Shown: positions 23,400 to 36,699, counted from the first letter of the stretch. The stretch is DNA of 64,000 bases from Lama guanicoe (GCA_013239625.1 MU053934.1:6466399-6530398), one strand, 5' to 3'. Translations and numbers: made by a program. Notes: generated by a model not told the origin, from the sequence alone.

Positions 23400-24735
23400 T
23401 TCACAATGCTCTTGACTCCTTTCTTGTCCCTCCCACATCTCCATCTCAGTTGATTCAGTCCTTGCAGCTGCTGAACAAAAGCTTGGGTCATTCTTGCCTC
23501 CTCTTCTCCGCACCTCACATCCAATTCGTAAGCAAGCCTGTGGGTTCTATTCTTAAAATGCATCTAGAGGCTGACCGTTCCTCACTACCTCCATTCCACC
23601 ACCAGGATAAGCCGCTGTCATCTCTCAGTCAGGTCTGTTGTAACAGCTTTCTCACCAGCTCCCTGCTTCCACCTTGGTCTCCGGCGCTACCAGCTATTCT
23701 CGACACAGCAATCAGAGTCAGCCTTTTAAAACAGAAATCAGGGCAGGGCACTTCTCTAGTCAAAACCCACCAAGAGTTCCCTTCTTACTCAGAATACATT
23801 GCAAAAGCCTTACATGGCCTTTGAAGCTCTGTGTGTTCTGACCACCCCTCCGACCTCATCTTCTGCTCTTCTGCCTCTATCACCCACTCTAGGACATCTG
23901 CCCCTCTGATTGCCTCTGGCTGAAATGCTCTTCTCCCGAATAGTCACCTGGCTTTTCCCCTTATTTAACTCATGTGTCTTTCTGCAATATCCCCTTTTCA
24001 GAGGGGCCTTTCTTAACGACTCTATCTAAAATAGCAAGCCTTCCCATCATCCCACTCTCCCCTTTTCAGCTCATTTTTCTCAATAGCACTAATCTTCACA
24101 TCGTGTCTAGAGCTTTGCAGCATCTGAGATTTTACAAACTAATCAACTGTTACTGTTTATTTCTGTTTAACAATAGTTTGTTACCTTTTCAGGGATGCTG
24201 CAGAAGTCTTGAAACTCCTGGGTAAGGGACAAAGGACATTATTACTCATGATAAAGGCAGTAGCTGGGGCTTTACATTTGTTTGTGTCAGTTTCCCATGT
24301 CCCCCAAGCCCTGCAAAGAACCCATCACATTTGCCTGTATACCTTATGGATGGCATTATAGGATAGGAACACAGAGATGAGAGATTCACTGCTTTTATGG
24401 TGAGTGGTAGGCATGCCTATTCTTTGTCTGGGGGGAGATATTACCTCATCCCTCAAGGTTGCTTGCTGTAAACACAACCCTAAGAAATGTCTTGGGTAAA
24501 GAGCTTTCAGGGCCTTGCTTTCTTGGCATGCCCAGCAAGAACTTGCAGGGACTCAGGGCCCATGGCAGCTTGCTTCCCCAACAGTTATATAATTACCTGC
24601 GCATTGTCTGTCTCTCCAACTAGATCATAAAATACACGAGGGAAAAGATTTTCTCAGTTTGTATGTCCAGCACTTTAAAAAGTGCCTAGTACATAGTAGT
24701 TGCTCAATGCATATTTGCTGAATGAATGAATGAAT
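23400..24735 (+). mobile_element. L2 remnant interrupted by an ERVL-type LTR (LTR40-like, about 24100-24582, minus)
   Basis: L2 motifs ending in (TGAA)n at 24720-24735; the insert ends CAGGGCCCATGGCAGCTTGCTTCCCCAACA. Confidence 0.6.
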
Positions 24736-26114
24736 TGGTTACATCCATCCATTTGTTCTCAGCAGTGATTCATTCCTCATTTCCTAGGGCAGATCCAATG
24801 CCCCACCCTGAGAACCAGATGAATCAGACATCACTGATCAACTCAGTGTGGTGGAGGTGTCAGACCATGATTCCACAGTGTGCTCACTGGTATGACATCT
24901 GGGACAACAGAGGCCTACTCCCTGTCTAACCTAAATCCTTCTCATTGCAGACCAAACTATATCTTGCTTAGAAAGAGCAGGAAGTACATGGCTTTATGGA
25001 GCCCCTGCCCCAGCACAGTGGCGCTTTGATTCCCTATGTCATGGGGTGTGGAGGGGACTCCTTGACAGTCAGGTAGTCGTAAGTACTAGGAAAATAAAGT
25101 AAGGTGGGTAGGGGACAAATGGTGATGTGTCGGAAGAGCTACTTCAGATTGGAGGAAGCCTCTCTAAGAAGGTGATGTTTGGGCAGATGTCTGAATGCAG
25201 TGAGAGAGGAGCCAATTAAATATAGTGAAGAAGAGGATTTGGACAGAACCCTTTTGGGATTTGGGCAAGCGCTAAGACCCCAAGTGGGGGGCATTCCTGA
25301 CACTTCTGAGAGGCAGCAAGGAAGCCAGTGGCTGAAGCAGGTGGGGTGAGGGATGGAGGAGATGAAGCTAGAGAGGCAATCAAGGGCCCAGTGACTGAGG
25401 CCCTTAGAGAGTCAAGGAAAGATTTTGGGCTCTGGTCGGCACTTTTCAGGAGGGGCTGAGCTGAGATGCGTTCGATCAACCTGTGCTGATGGCCTGCCTT
25501 GGGCCGGGCTGGGTGCTGGGCACTGTGACCCAGGCATGGAAATGTCATCCCTGCTTCAGGAAGTTATCAGTGGTGGACGGGTAGATAACAACGACTAAAG
25601 GCAGCACAGTGGGTGAGAGCCACCCTTGGAAGCAGCTGGAGCCCGAGGAAGACACATTAAGACTCTCTGTGGAGCTCCTGCCACACTTTACTGGGGAGGT
25701 GACTGCTGGCTGAGGCGTCAAGGTGAATTGGTGCCTGTCCCATGGTCGTGCGATAGAAAATAGTTGTGTGTAAGACCCATGCTGTGAGGAAGGTTAGAGA
25801 CTGGCAGGAAGGCCAGACCCAGGCCTGGAGGTTCTTCTTCCATCAACACACAGAGCTGGCAGGGCCATCAGAGACCCTCCAGGTCAGTGTTTTTCAAATT
25901 GGCTTCTGTGGAACCTTGGGGAGATGGCTCAGGGGCACTGTGAGGGGCAGGAGGAAGCTGAGTGGGTGGGGCCTAGAAACCCACCATTTAATCACCATTT
26001 AACAGAATCAACTCTGACTTTATCTCTCTATATATTGAATTTCCCATAAACTTTCATGTGAATAAAGCCTCAAGAGACTAAAACAATATCTAAGGGCCAC
26101 TGAACACTTTAAAA

Positions 26115-26725
26115 AAAGATTTATTAAGGTATAATTGACATGTAATAAGCTACACATATTTAAAGTGTACACTTTGGTAAGTTTTGACATTCATGTACAG
26201 CCAGGAAGCCATCACCACAGTCAAGATAATGAACACGTCCGTTACTTCCAAAAGTGTCTCTGTGCCCCTTTCTCTTCCCTCCCCCAACTCCCCTCTACCC
26301 TCCCACTCCAAGCTGTTGAACAGCACTTGGGCGGCTTGCACGTAATAGTCCAACACTGGAAACAACCCAAATGTCCTTCAGTAGTGAACAGATAAACAAG
26401 CTTTGGTGCACTGATACGAGCAGCATCATCAATGGAGAGCAAAAGCATTGTGCTGAGCGAAGGAAGCCAGACATAAAAGAGCATGTGCTGTACGACTCCA
26501 TGCATGTGAAATACAAATACAGGCAAGACTAATCTATGGTGACACAGATCAGATCAGTGGGTGCCTTTGAGACAGGGGTATTGACTGGCAAGAGGCAGGA
26601 GGGAATTGTCTGGGGTGCTGGAAATATTCTAGACATGACCTGGGTGTTGTTTGCACAGGTGTACGCACAGGTAAAAACTCATCACTTAAGATTTGTATTT
26701 TATTGTATGTACCTTAACAAAATCT
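26115..26725. mobile_element. two old L1M fragments in opposite orientation
   Basis: TATAATTGACATGTAATAAGCTACACATATTTAAAGTGTAC (antisense 3' end), then CTGGAAACAACCCAAATGTCCTTCAGTAG (sense). Confidence 0.7.
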
Positions 26726-27829
26726 CTCTGTGAACTTGAACTCACTCTCCTTTCCTCATATATGCTGGACAGGACCCCACCACTCTTGTAGCACTCCCAG
26801 ATGGTCCTAAACCTGGCAGGGTATCTGTGGGGTCGGGTGGGGGTACCCAGGCCCTGAAGCCATTTTACCCACTGCCTTTCCCACCTGCACATGCTCGGTT
26901 TCTGGGAATGGACTCCTTGGAGAGGTGGTTCCTTGAAGTCTTTTCCCCACCCCATGGGCCTCCAGGGCTGCTCTCTCCTCCTGAGACAATAACTCTTGCT
27001 GTTTATGGAATGCTCACTGGGCACCTGACACTTTGCAGGCCCTGTCTATAGCACAGGAGGGAGGATGTGCGCTTGGGAGGTGAACCCCTCACCCCTGCTC
27101 CAATCCCCTGGCTTTGTCACTGAGAAGCTGAGTGACCTTGAAGGAGAAGAGGGTAAGCAGCTTCACCTCTCTGAGCTGCAGCTGCCTCAATGCATCATGG
27201 GCTTTAGCACCTACCCATCTGGAGGACCAGACGAAGTGATGTGGGGGCCATGCCTGGCATATGGGGGGCTCAGTGCCTAGAAGCCATGACTATCTCAGTC
27301 CATATTCCAGCCAGGGGGACTCGGGCTGGTAAGGGAGAACCAGAAGGGGCAGCCCTTGCATGGAGCCTGGCGTTGCCACTTTCTTGCTGTGTAACCTTGG
27401 ATGACCAATCAATGGGTTAATATAAATAAAGCACTGAGAGCAGTGTCTGGCCTGTGACAAATGCCACATTGGACCAAGCATCCAGACTCAGTATCAGTCT
27501 AGGCTCTTCCCTCTATAACATATGACCCTCACTGGCTCTACTGGTCACTGCTTCTGTGTCCCTACCCACATGACAGGGACCCCACTCTCTCTACCCTCAA
27601 ATGACGAGGCTCCAAACCCTCACAGTTATCTTGGTCAAGGCCACTTCCTCTCTAGGCCCACTAGCCATGGGGCCCAGCAGCCTGCTGCGAGGTTCCCATC
27701 CCTCCCTGAATTTCCCCAACCCTGCCCTGCCCGTCATCTCATCATCTCTGTACCAAGTGCAAAGTGCGAGGGATGCAGAAGAGAAGGCTGGTTGCCAGGG
27801 CAACGGAGGAGAAAGCCCTGGCTCTGCCA

Positions 27830-28171
27830 GGCTGCTGATTGGCTGAGGCAGGTCCCACCTCCTGCCATCCTGAGGGTGAGGGGCAGAGGGAAGGGTCTTT
27901 GATGGGCAGTGAGAGGAACCAGGCTGCCGGAGCCAACCCAGGGCTGCCCCTTCCTGGCCCAGTCAGAGCCCTTGGGCTTGAGAAACACTGTCTTTCGTGG
28001 AGGGGCTTTGGCCTCACTCTTTCTTGGCTTCCACCACCCAGGGAGGCTGCAGATGGCAGAATCTGTGGGGACAGCAGCTGCGACTGAGTCCACGGGCTGA
28101 CGCTGAGCTGCTTAGGCCGAGGCGGTGCAGTCAGTCCAGAGCTCCTGGAACAGGCATCTGCAGGGCTTGAG
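27830..28171 (+). promoter_or_regulatory. candidate SMIM45 promoter and non-coding first exon
   Basis: CTGATTGG (inverted CCAAT) at 27835-27842, local CpG enrichment, donor-like GAG|GTGGGT at 28171/28172; the coding exon begins with an acceptor so it needs an upstream exon. Confidence 0.4.
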
Positions 28172-30668
28172 GTGGGTCTGCTGGCACATGGGGTTGGGTG
28201 GGGGATCGAGTGGTGCCAGTGGCTTGGGAGGCAGGGAAAGGGGCTCTGCAACCTTCACACTGCCCTAGATGGGACATCATCTGGAATGAGGGCTAGCAAC
28301 TTCCTTATAGATGATCTGGTAACCCCACTCCCACCCCGTCACTGTGCAAGGAACCCTTGAAGTTCAGAGGGTGAGAGTGGTCCAAGGTCACACAGAAGGC
28401 CAGTGAGTGCTACGCTTCAGCTAGGCCAGTCCTCTGAGAAGCCAGGAGAAGGTCTGGGGTTCTCAGTTGCCCAGACTGAATGCCTGGGATTTTCTTCATA
28501 GGGCTGGCGGGGTTGGGAGACCCTGAACTCTGCTCCACAGACCCAGAGCATTGCCGTTGAAATGGCTTCTGCTCTGCCCAAGTCCCCCATTCTCACATTT
28601 AAGTTAAAGGAGGCTGGGGTCCTGGGTGGGGCCAGAGGAGAGGGTATGAGTCACATGGCCTCACTCAGGCTAGTTTGGAGCAGCCTTCCTGCTTGTAGGC
28701 CCCCTTCCCCACCTTCCTCTAAGCCAGGCAGCACCAAGCCATTCTGAACCCTCTCTTCGGCTCTCCAGAAAGGCAGATGCTTTAGAGGGCACCACTCTAA
28801 CCCTAACTTTGGGCCATTGACACACTCTTAAATTTTCTTTTCCATGAATAGAATAGGGCACCTTGAGACATTGTCTGTGCTTCCGAAGTGGCAGTGGGGG
28901 AGGAGCTCCCGATGGATGCAGGGCGTGAGAGCAGCATCTCTCCCTCCCCTGGGGTCATAGCCTACCTCGCAGACCCACCTGGAAGTAGAGAGGGTTGGAG
29001 TTTGGAGACAGAGGTCTAAGAAGCTGGGATCTCTCTTCAGTCTACGCCAGAGGTCATTTCATTCATCCCCTTTCTTCCCTCCCTGGAAGCCATAGTGAAC
29101 CTCTGCTTATTTCATTCTGTTCAGGAATCTTTCCCCATTAAATCTCAGGACATCACTCAGGGGTTGGGGTCCAGCTCTGTCACTTCCCAGTTGGGTAACT
29201 CAGGGCAAATTATTGAACCTATCTGGGCCTCAGTTTCTTCATCTGTAAAATGTGGACAGTAACACCTATGCCATAGGCCTGTTGTAAGGTTAGTGACTGC
29301 ATTCTGACAGTGCTCTCCCTGCCTGGCAAGCAGAGGTGGGGCTCCTCACCCTCAGGAAGGGTTTGAGGGTGGATTAAATGGGTCCTGCTTCATCCCATTT
29401 CTGGAGGATAATCTGTGATGTGGCTTTTGAAGTATGAATAGGAGTTTGCCACATGAACACGAATGCAAAGGACATTCCAAGGAAAATAAAAGCATTTTCA
29501 AAGATGGAGTCTGTGTAACATGCAGGTGCACCTAAGGGACTGACAAGCAATTCCAGACGATGGCACGTAGTGTGGGAGAGGAGGCTGGGAAGGTCGGCAG
29601 AGATCAGATGTGGGCATCTTTGGGCCATTCTAGGGAGTCTGGCTGTTTGTGAAGCACCTTCATCCTGCTAGCATCCACCTTCCCGTTTTTCCCCATTCCT
29701 GGCTCACTGGGAATAGCAATAGCTGATACTATTCACTGAGTGCTGATTCTGCAGCAGGCAGCATGATGCTAAATGCTGTTTGAGCATTGTCTTGTTAAAC
29801 ATCCACAAAGACCTTAAGAAGTGGGTCCTACTTCTATGCTTATTTCACAGATAAGGAAACTGAAGCTCAGAGAATAAGAACAAACTACTATGTAGCACTT
29901 AATAAGCACAAGGCACTGGTTCTAAGCATTTTGTGTAAATTAACTCTTTTGACGGTCTAACTGTTTTGACGGTCACAATAGCCCTCTGACCTAGGTACGA
30001 TTTTCACTCCCATTCTACAGATGTGGAAATCAAGATCCAGGTCTTTCTGGTCTGGAACCTGTGTCCATACTCTTATGGTTACAAATTGGGCATGGGCCTG
30101 AATTCGGGAGCTGGTGCAGACACTACTGATTTCAATCAGGTCCCCTGGGGATAGATGTTTGTTCACCAGGCTTTCACCAAGCCACACCTGGCCAGGATGT
30201 GTGGGTAGCCAGAGAGCCACTCATCTGTGAGGCACCTGGCAAGTGGCACGAGGTGCCGCCCAAGCTGTCCTTTACTGAGGGATCAGTCACCTCACTGAAT
30301 CCCCCAAGGCTCTGTTTGTTTCCCCTTCTGCAGGGGCAATGCTGAGGCCCAGAGGGGTTAGGCACCTTGCCTGAGGGCTCACGTACTAGAAAGGGACTGA
30401 GCCAGGGCTGCCCTAGCTTCCTTCCAGAAGGGTGAGTAGGAGCTGGGTGGGCCCCTGTGGTCGGGGCAGCTCTGTGCTTGGTCAGGGGGCCCAAGCTGCT
30501 GAGTCACAGCTCTCCACTCTCCTGGGTCTCAGTTCTCCCATCTGTAAAGTGATGCTCTGACCCTCTGCCTCTGTGAAGCCTGCATGCAGGCTTCTGGGAG
30601 GGCGGGTGGGACAAGCGGCACTTCTGCTGGCTCTCATCAACCGTGTCTCAGCAGCCAAGGCCACCGCG

Positions 30669-30875
30669 ATGCCACACTTCCTGGACTGGTTCGTGCCTGT
30701 TTACCTGGTCATCTCTGTCCTCATCCTGGTGGGCTTCGGTGCCTGCATCTACTACTTCGAGCCCGGCTTGCAGGAGGCACACAAGTGGCGCATGCAGCGC
30801 CCCCTGGTGGACCGTGACCTCCGCAAGACGCTGATGGTCCGCGACAACCTGGCCTTTGGGGGCCCCGAGGTCTGA
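30669..30875 (+). CDS. SMIM45: 68-aa single-pass membrane microprotein
   Basis: MPHFLDWFVPVYLVISVLILVGFGACIYYFEPGLQEAHKWRMQRPLVDRDLRKTLMVRDNLAFGGPEV; good Kozak (GCG ATG); CTCAGCAG acceptor at about 30647-30654; lies between CENPM and SEPTIN3. Confidence 0.92.
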   Translation: MPHFLDWFVPVYLVISVLILVGFGACIYYFEPGLQEAHKWRMQRPLVDRDLRKTLMVRDNLAFGGPEV

Positions 30876-31830
30876 ATTGACAGTGGTTGAGGGGGCAGGC
30901 ACCAGGCTCCCTCTCCATCCCCGCCCAGCCAGGAGGTCCAGGGGCAGAGGGAGGAGGACCCCTCGTCCTCCAGTCCATCCCTCTGCAGCCTGAGTCCTCC
31001 CAGGAAGAGGTGCTCCAGGAGGACCCTGGCTGTGAGAGATGGGGCACCCGGGTGCCTTGAGGTGTGGCTGCTGATGGCCCAGGGCTTGCTCTCCTGTCAA
31101 GCCAGTTCACCCCACACCTGCCCTCCCCAGCTCTGGAGACACCCCCACTGGCCCCAGTGCCTTTGTCCTCCTAGCACACCTGCCTCTCCCCCTGGAGTCA
31201 CGGGCAGCTGCCCCGGCCTGTCCTGAGTCTCCAGATCTCCCACTTCCCTATCGGATCCTCAGTTACACTCGGCTCCCCACTCCAGCCAATGACACTGACC
31301 CTGCAGCTTCACGTGGTGGGCTTCAACGCTGACCCAAGGAAAGGGCCCTCTTTGGAGGAATGTCAGCTTAGTCCAGCCCAGCCCTACCACTCTGGACCCA
31401 GGTGTGGCACTGGTGAGTGTGTGCGTGGAGTTTGCAAGGGGCAAGGCAATAGAGGAAGGAAGTGCGTGTGTGATAGACTTTGGGGACACTGGCAGACAGG
31501 GAGAGGGGAGGAGATGCATATATGTCTGAGAGGAAGAGTGGGGGCTCCGGGTAGGATGGGAGGTGGTGAAGATGGGGTGCGTGTTCTGGGCTGTGTGGGG
31601 GCCACCAGCAGCAATTCCCCACCTGCCCCCAGCAGGAGCCCCTGCCCTCCCCTCCTGGTCCCTACTGCACCTCCAGGGCCAATCTCAGTTTCCCACCAAG
31701 CCAGGCCCCCTGGGCCCCCAACCCTACCCTGGAGCCCTCCTCCTCAGTCAAGTACCACCACCTCCTTTTGGGCATAGCTTGGCAACCTGCCTCACTCTCC
31801 TCTGGGGCTTCCATCTTAATTTACTGCAGT

Positions 31831-31836
31831 AATAAA
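31831..31836 (+). terminator. SMIM45 polyadenylation signal
   Basis: First AATAAA I found downstream of the ORF. Confidence 0.65.
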
Positions 31837-31984
31837 GACTTCATGAGTACCTTTGCAGGACTACCTCCTTTCCTAAAATTAAGATTGTGTCTGTCATCTC
31901 ACTGGGTCCTCATAAAAAACGTGATAGCTCAATATTCCCCATTTTAGGGATGGGAACACAGAATCTCCAAGCGGGTAGAGTAGA

Positions 31985-32142
31985 TCCTCAGCAGTGGCAC
32001 TGTTGCTCATCCTTCACTGTGGGAGGCTGTCTTTTGCATTGCTGAACACTGAGCATCTCTGGGCTCTACCCACTGGAAACCAGTAGCACGCATCCCCTTT
32101 TCCCCAAAATGCTAACTGGAATCCTTGGAGTTGAGAACCAAT
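31985..32142. mobile_element. MER20-like hAT DNA transposon fragment
   Basis: CTCTACCCACTGGAAACCAGTAGCAC...GTTGAGAACCA. Confidence 0.6.
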
Positions 32143-34769
32143 CAGGATATAAATTCAGGCACAGAGAGGCAAAAACAATAGGGCCTTAAGCCAAATAGAA
32201 TGTTCTTTCTTTCTCATGGTACAGTTTGTAGGGAGGGTGTCCAGAGCTGGTCCGGTGGCTGGCTCGGCTGACTCGCTGTGCCCAGGATGTTGTCCTGGTT
32301 GGTGCTGTCCAAGGGGGCTCTTCTGCATCCTGAGCAGCAGGGTGGGGGAAGGGAGGGAGGGTCTGCCAGCCTCCCTGAGGGACACTCCTGCTGGCTGTAC
32401 CCCTTAATCCTTACATCTCACTGGTCAATACTTAGTCACATGGCTAGTCCTAGCTGCAAGGGAGGCAGAGAGGAGCTGGGAGGCTGTGTGTCCATTTAAA
32501 AAGTCCCCCTCCTTGAAGTGGAAACATGGAGGCAGCTGCCCTTCCATTTTCATAGGGATTTGCCGAGGCCGCAGGACCCAGTCTCCATGCCCCATCTGAG
32601 GAGTTAGCCAGGGCAAACGCTGCCTTCACCCACCTCAAGGGCTGGGGCTGCTCTTCCCCCCTGGGGCCCATCCGGGAGTTGCATGGGGCTGTGTTGCAGA
32701 GCCCAGTTAGAATGAGGCAGGAGGAGCCCCTCAGGGTCACACCGGGGCCCCTCCTTCAATTCTCTGCACCTCTTTTGCCTCACACTAGGCCCCACCCTGT
32801 TTCTGAGTCTGAGCTCCCTTCCCTAAGGGGGATAAACTTACATTCTGAGGCTCTGGATTTCAGTGCTAAGCTAAGTAAGTAGAGGTGTGAGGTGAGAGGG
32901 AGAGAGCTGGGAGGCCAGGACCAGGAGCTCAGCGCTGCCTGTTGATCAGAAAATTGGAAAGGGCCCAAGCAGAAGCCACATATGTGAGTTAGGACCCATG
33001 ATTGCAAGGGACAGAAACCCTGTCTCGATTAGCTGGGTAAGACGGGGTAGTTGCCACGAAGACGTTGGGTGTTTTGGCCCTGGAGGACAGGAAAGTAGCA
33101 GGGACTGAGGACAACTAGAACCAGGATTCTTTCTCAAACCATTTTTTATTCCTGCTTCTGTGCACCCGCTTCTTTGGCCATCCCCTTTCCCATCATGGAA
33201 AATGTAGCGCCAGCTGCTGGCGAGTTTTAGGTCTTACGTCTTACCACTCCAGCCGCTGGAGACAGAGGTACCTGTTCCTCTCTCTGGCTGCAAGCACAAA
33301 TATCTCCGGGGAGGGATTCATTGCTCAGCCTAGGTCAGGCGCCCATTTAAAATCCTTCACCCACGGCTAGGGCAGAGTCCTGTGTACGGTCCAGCTTGGG
33401 TCAGGGTCCATCTGGACCAGTCAACATGATCTGGGCTCAGGTCATCTCGGAACCTGACTCTGATTCCCTCTGTCAGTTCTCTTGGGATGTTGTGGAAGGA
33501 AGGCAGGGTTCAGAAGAGATGATGTAAACTTCTCCCCTACCCCTAGGCTGAACACACCAGACAGTCTCTACTGGAGACGTATTAGGCTCAACTGGCCGAG
33601 CCAGCGAAGGCTTCAGACTAGAGCTGGCCTGCAGCCAAGTTTCGTTTGTCCAACCTAGTGTTTCAAAAAAGTGCAAATTAATTGGCAATATTTACAAGTC
33701 AGGAGATTTCACATGAAAATCTCTTTTTCTGACTCCTCTTTAAAAATTTTGGCCATTCTGGGTCTCAAGTGTGAATGCATTCAAGGTTATGAGTGTCACA
33801 GCCTTGGCAGGGAGGATGTTGGCTGTGACCCGCCCCCCCCCCGAGGCCTGGGCAGCGGCCAGCCCTCCTCACAGAGAGCTGCCTCTGTCCAAGAGCTGCA
33901 GCACGGCCTCTCAGCCCAGGCTGCCAAGGAGGAGCCTGAGGCTCAGAGAGGGTAAAGGATTTACCCAAGCCTTTTGCCCTTAAACCTGGATCCTTTCCCA
34001 GCCATCTCCTCAGGGCTTATTACATAAATGTGTATTTATACCTGCTCTTCCCACAAAGGACCCAAGAAAGTTTCAGCTGAAGGAGCCACATACATGGGGG
34101 GGGTGGAAAGGAAATATTCCACTCTGACTCCTACTATAATACTATTACTTGTCTCTGAGGTTCCTGGCAGCCAGAGGAAAAGGGGAAATACAAAGAGATC
34201 ATTTTATCCCTGTTAGGTGATAGAAGGGAGAGATCAACTCTACACGAAAGATATTTTCTGGTTCTAAATACTAAAAAGAAATGTCTCAAACGGGATGTTA
34301 AGAGTAACACAATAGATTGTGACCTCAGGATGTTTTACAAGGGGGAGGGTTGACCCAGATAGCAGAGCCTAGAGAAACAGACCAATGGAGGCAGATTTTT
34401 CCATCTGCCAGGGCACACCAGAGGACTGTACTGGGAGCAACTTCAGGTCAGGACTTGACAATAGTAAATCTCATGAAATTGTTCATTTAAATTGCATTTC
34501 TTTGGGCACATTTTCTGCTCTGACACCCAGCTGAATTCACCAAGCATTTCTGTGTTCCAGGCACTGAGAATCACAGATGATTAAAGCCCAGATATATGTC
34601 CCCTGCCAGCACATGGCATGGTGTTCAGCTCACGTCAGGTACTTGTAGCAAGCTGGTTGGTTTTATACTGTCCTGCCCTACTTGTCTGGCTGGGTTGTGG
34701 CAAATGTCAGAGGAGACAGTTGGCAAGAAAGTACTCTATAAAGTACATAAATGTAAATTTAAAAATGTA

Positions 34770-35286
34770 TGTGCTATAAAAAAAAAAAACTCAAGCCGTG
34801 AAAGACATGAAAGAAACTTAAAAGACGTATTACTAAATGAAAGAAGCCAGTCTGAAAAGGCTACAAACTGTACGATTCCAACCAAATGACATTCTGGAAA
34901 AGGCACAGCTACAGAAACAATAAAAAGATCGTGGTTTCTAGGGGTTTGGGGAAAGGGAGGAAGGGAGAAATGAACAGATGGAGCACAAGGGATTTTTATT
35001 CTGTATGACACTATAGTGGTGGCTACATGTCATTATGCATTTGTCAAAACCCATAGAATGTACGTCAAGAGTGAACCCTAATATAAACTATGGACTTTGG
35101 TTGATAATAATATGCCCATGTTGGTTCATTGATTGTACCAGATATGCCACACTAATGAGGGATGTTGAGGGTGGGGGAGTACATATGTGTGGGTGGGGAG
35201 GGCTATGTGCAAACTCTGTATTTTCTGCTCAATTCTGTGGTGAACCTGAAACTGCTCTAAAAGAATAAAGTCTATTTTAAAAAAAG
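34770..35286 (+). mobile_element. L1MC-like LINE 3' end
   Basis: AAATGAAAGAAGCCAGTCTGAAAAGGCTAC...GTGAACCCTAATATAAACTATGGAC...AATAAAGTCTATTTTAAAAAAA. Confidence 0.85.
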
Positions 35287-36699
35287 TATTGTATAAATTC
35301 TGCGCATCCTACAGCTGTTCTGAACCCTATGGAGCTATGTCACACACTAGGTCTCGCACCAAGAATGCAACGACAAAGATACAGTCCCTGAGTTGAAAAA
35401 AACTCATAAACTGGAGGAGCAGATGGATATGTAAACAGACAAATTACAACATTGTAACTGTAGCAAGAGAAGCATATATGAGAAACTGAAAATAGAACTG
35501 AAGAGGTCCCAGGGAAGGGGCTTATCAAGGAAGGCTTCCTGGAGGATATGACTACTGATCTGGGCTTTGAAGTCTGAATAAGAGTTTTCTCTGTAAAACG
35601 GAAGGAGGAGCCAGCCAGTGCAAAGCCATGGAGGCTGGGGAGAATCCAGTCCTTTCTGAGACTTGTGAGTGGTGTCGTGTGGTTGCAGCAAAAAACACAG
35701 TGAGTAAGTGGTGGAAGAGAAGACTGAACAACCAGGAAGTTGTGTTTCAAGTAAGGCTTAGGTCCAGGGAGAGAATCTGATGACATTCTAGTTGCCATCT
35801 TCTCCAGGAAGCCTTCCCTGAGCCCACCAGCTGCTTTTCCCATTACAGCCCTAGTCTTGTGCTGTGATTTTTTTCATGTGTCTGTGGAGAGCAGCAATGG
35901 CATCTTCTTATCTCAGTCTATGGCCTGCCCGGCACTGCGCAGGGCCTCCATGAAAGCATGCTTGTTGGATGAATGGGGCCTGTCTCTTTGGAAGTCTTGT
36001 CAGGGGCTACGCATCTGCTTAGAGACAAAGATTTTAGAGAGGCTCAGAGGCTTCCTGGGGTTCAGACTGTTGGGCAGGTTTTTAAATGCTTTGGGAGGTT
36101 TTGAAGAGCCCTGGGGGCTTTCCTCTCCCACCATCTGGGATCTGTGAGCATACAGTGGGTGTGTCTGGGCTAGGCCCAGAACAGGAGGGCAGGGGGCAGG
36201 AATGTGCAGGGTCCCTGCGTAGGAACGGCTGCAATGTTCGGACTCTGGCCCCAGAGGGTGGCACAGCCTTCTCATTGTTCCACCCCCTCGGCTCTCCACT
36301 CTGACTGAGCCGGAATGGCTTGGGAAGGCCGAGAGACCAGCTTTGGGAGGAGGGCAGATGCTATAGGCTCCCTCAGAAGACCGTCACATTGTCAGTCAAC
36401 ACCCTTACAGAGAACCCTGGGAGAGTAAAGCCCTTTCTCCACCCCATCAGGTGCAGGGGGCGGAGGAGCTCAGAATTTGGAGCCTGGAGACGTGGGTGTC
36501 CAGATACTGGTTCATTGTGTGAATATTGGCAAGTCCATTTCCCTCTCTATCTGCAGCTGTAAACAGCTGGAACTGATGTGGAAGTCACAGGACATCACAA
36601 GGGCAAAGGAAGGAGGAAATTAGAATTACCAGATGGCAATTTCAATGGCTAACGTGGATGGAGTTCACTGCATGATGGACAGTGCTCGGCACTTCTTGC

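Noticed and set aside
26135..26733. Short ORFs with L1-like peptides (WKQPKCPS)
   Set aside because: Decayed L1 fragments, not genes.
30573..30668. 32-aa N-terminal extension of SMIM45 in the ORF track
   Set aside because: Starts at GTG and lies mostly upstream of the splice acceptor at about 30651-30654, so it is largely intronic.
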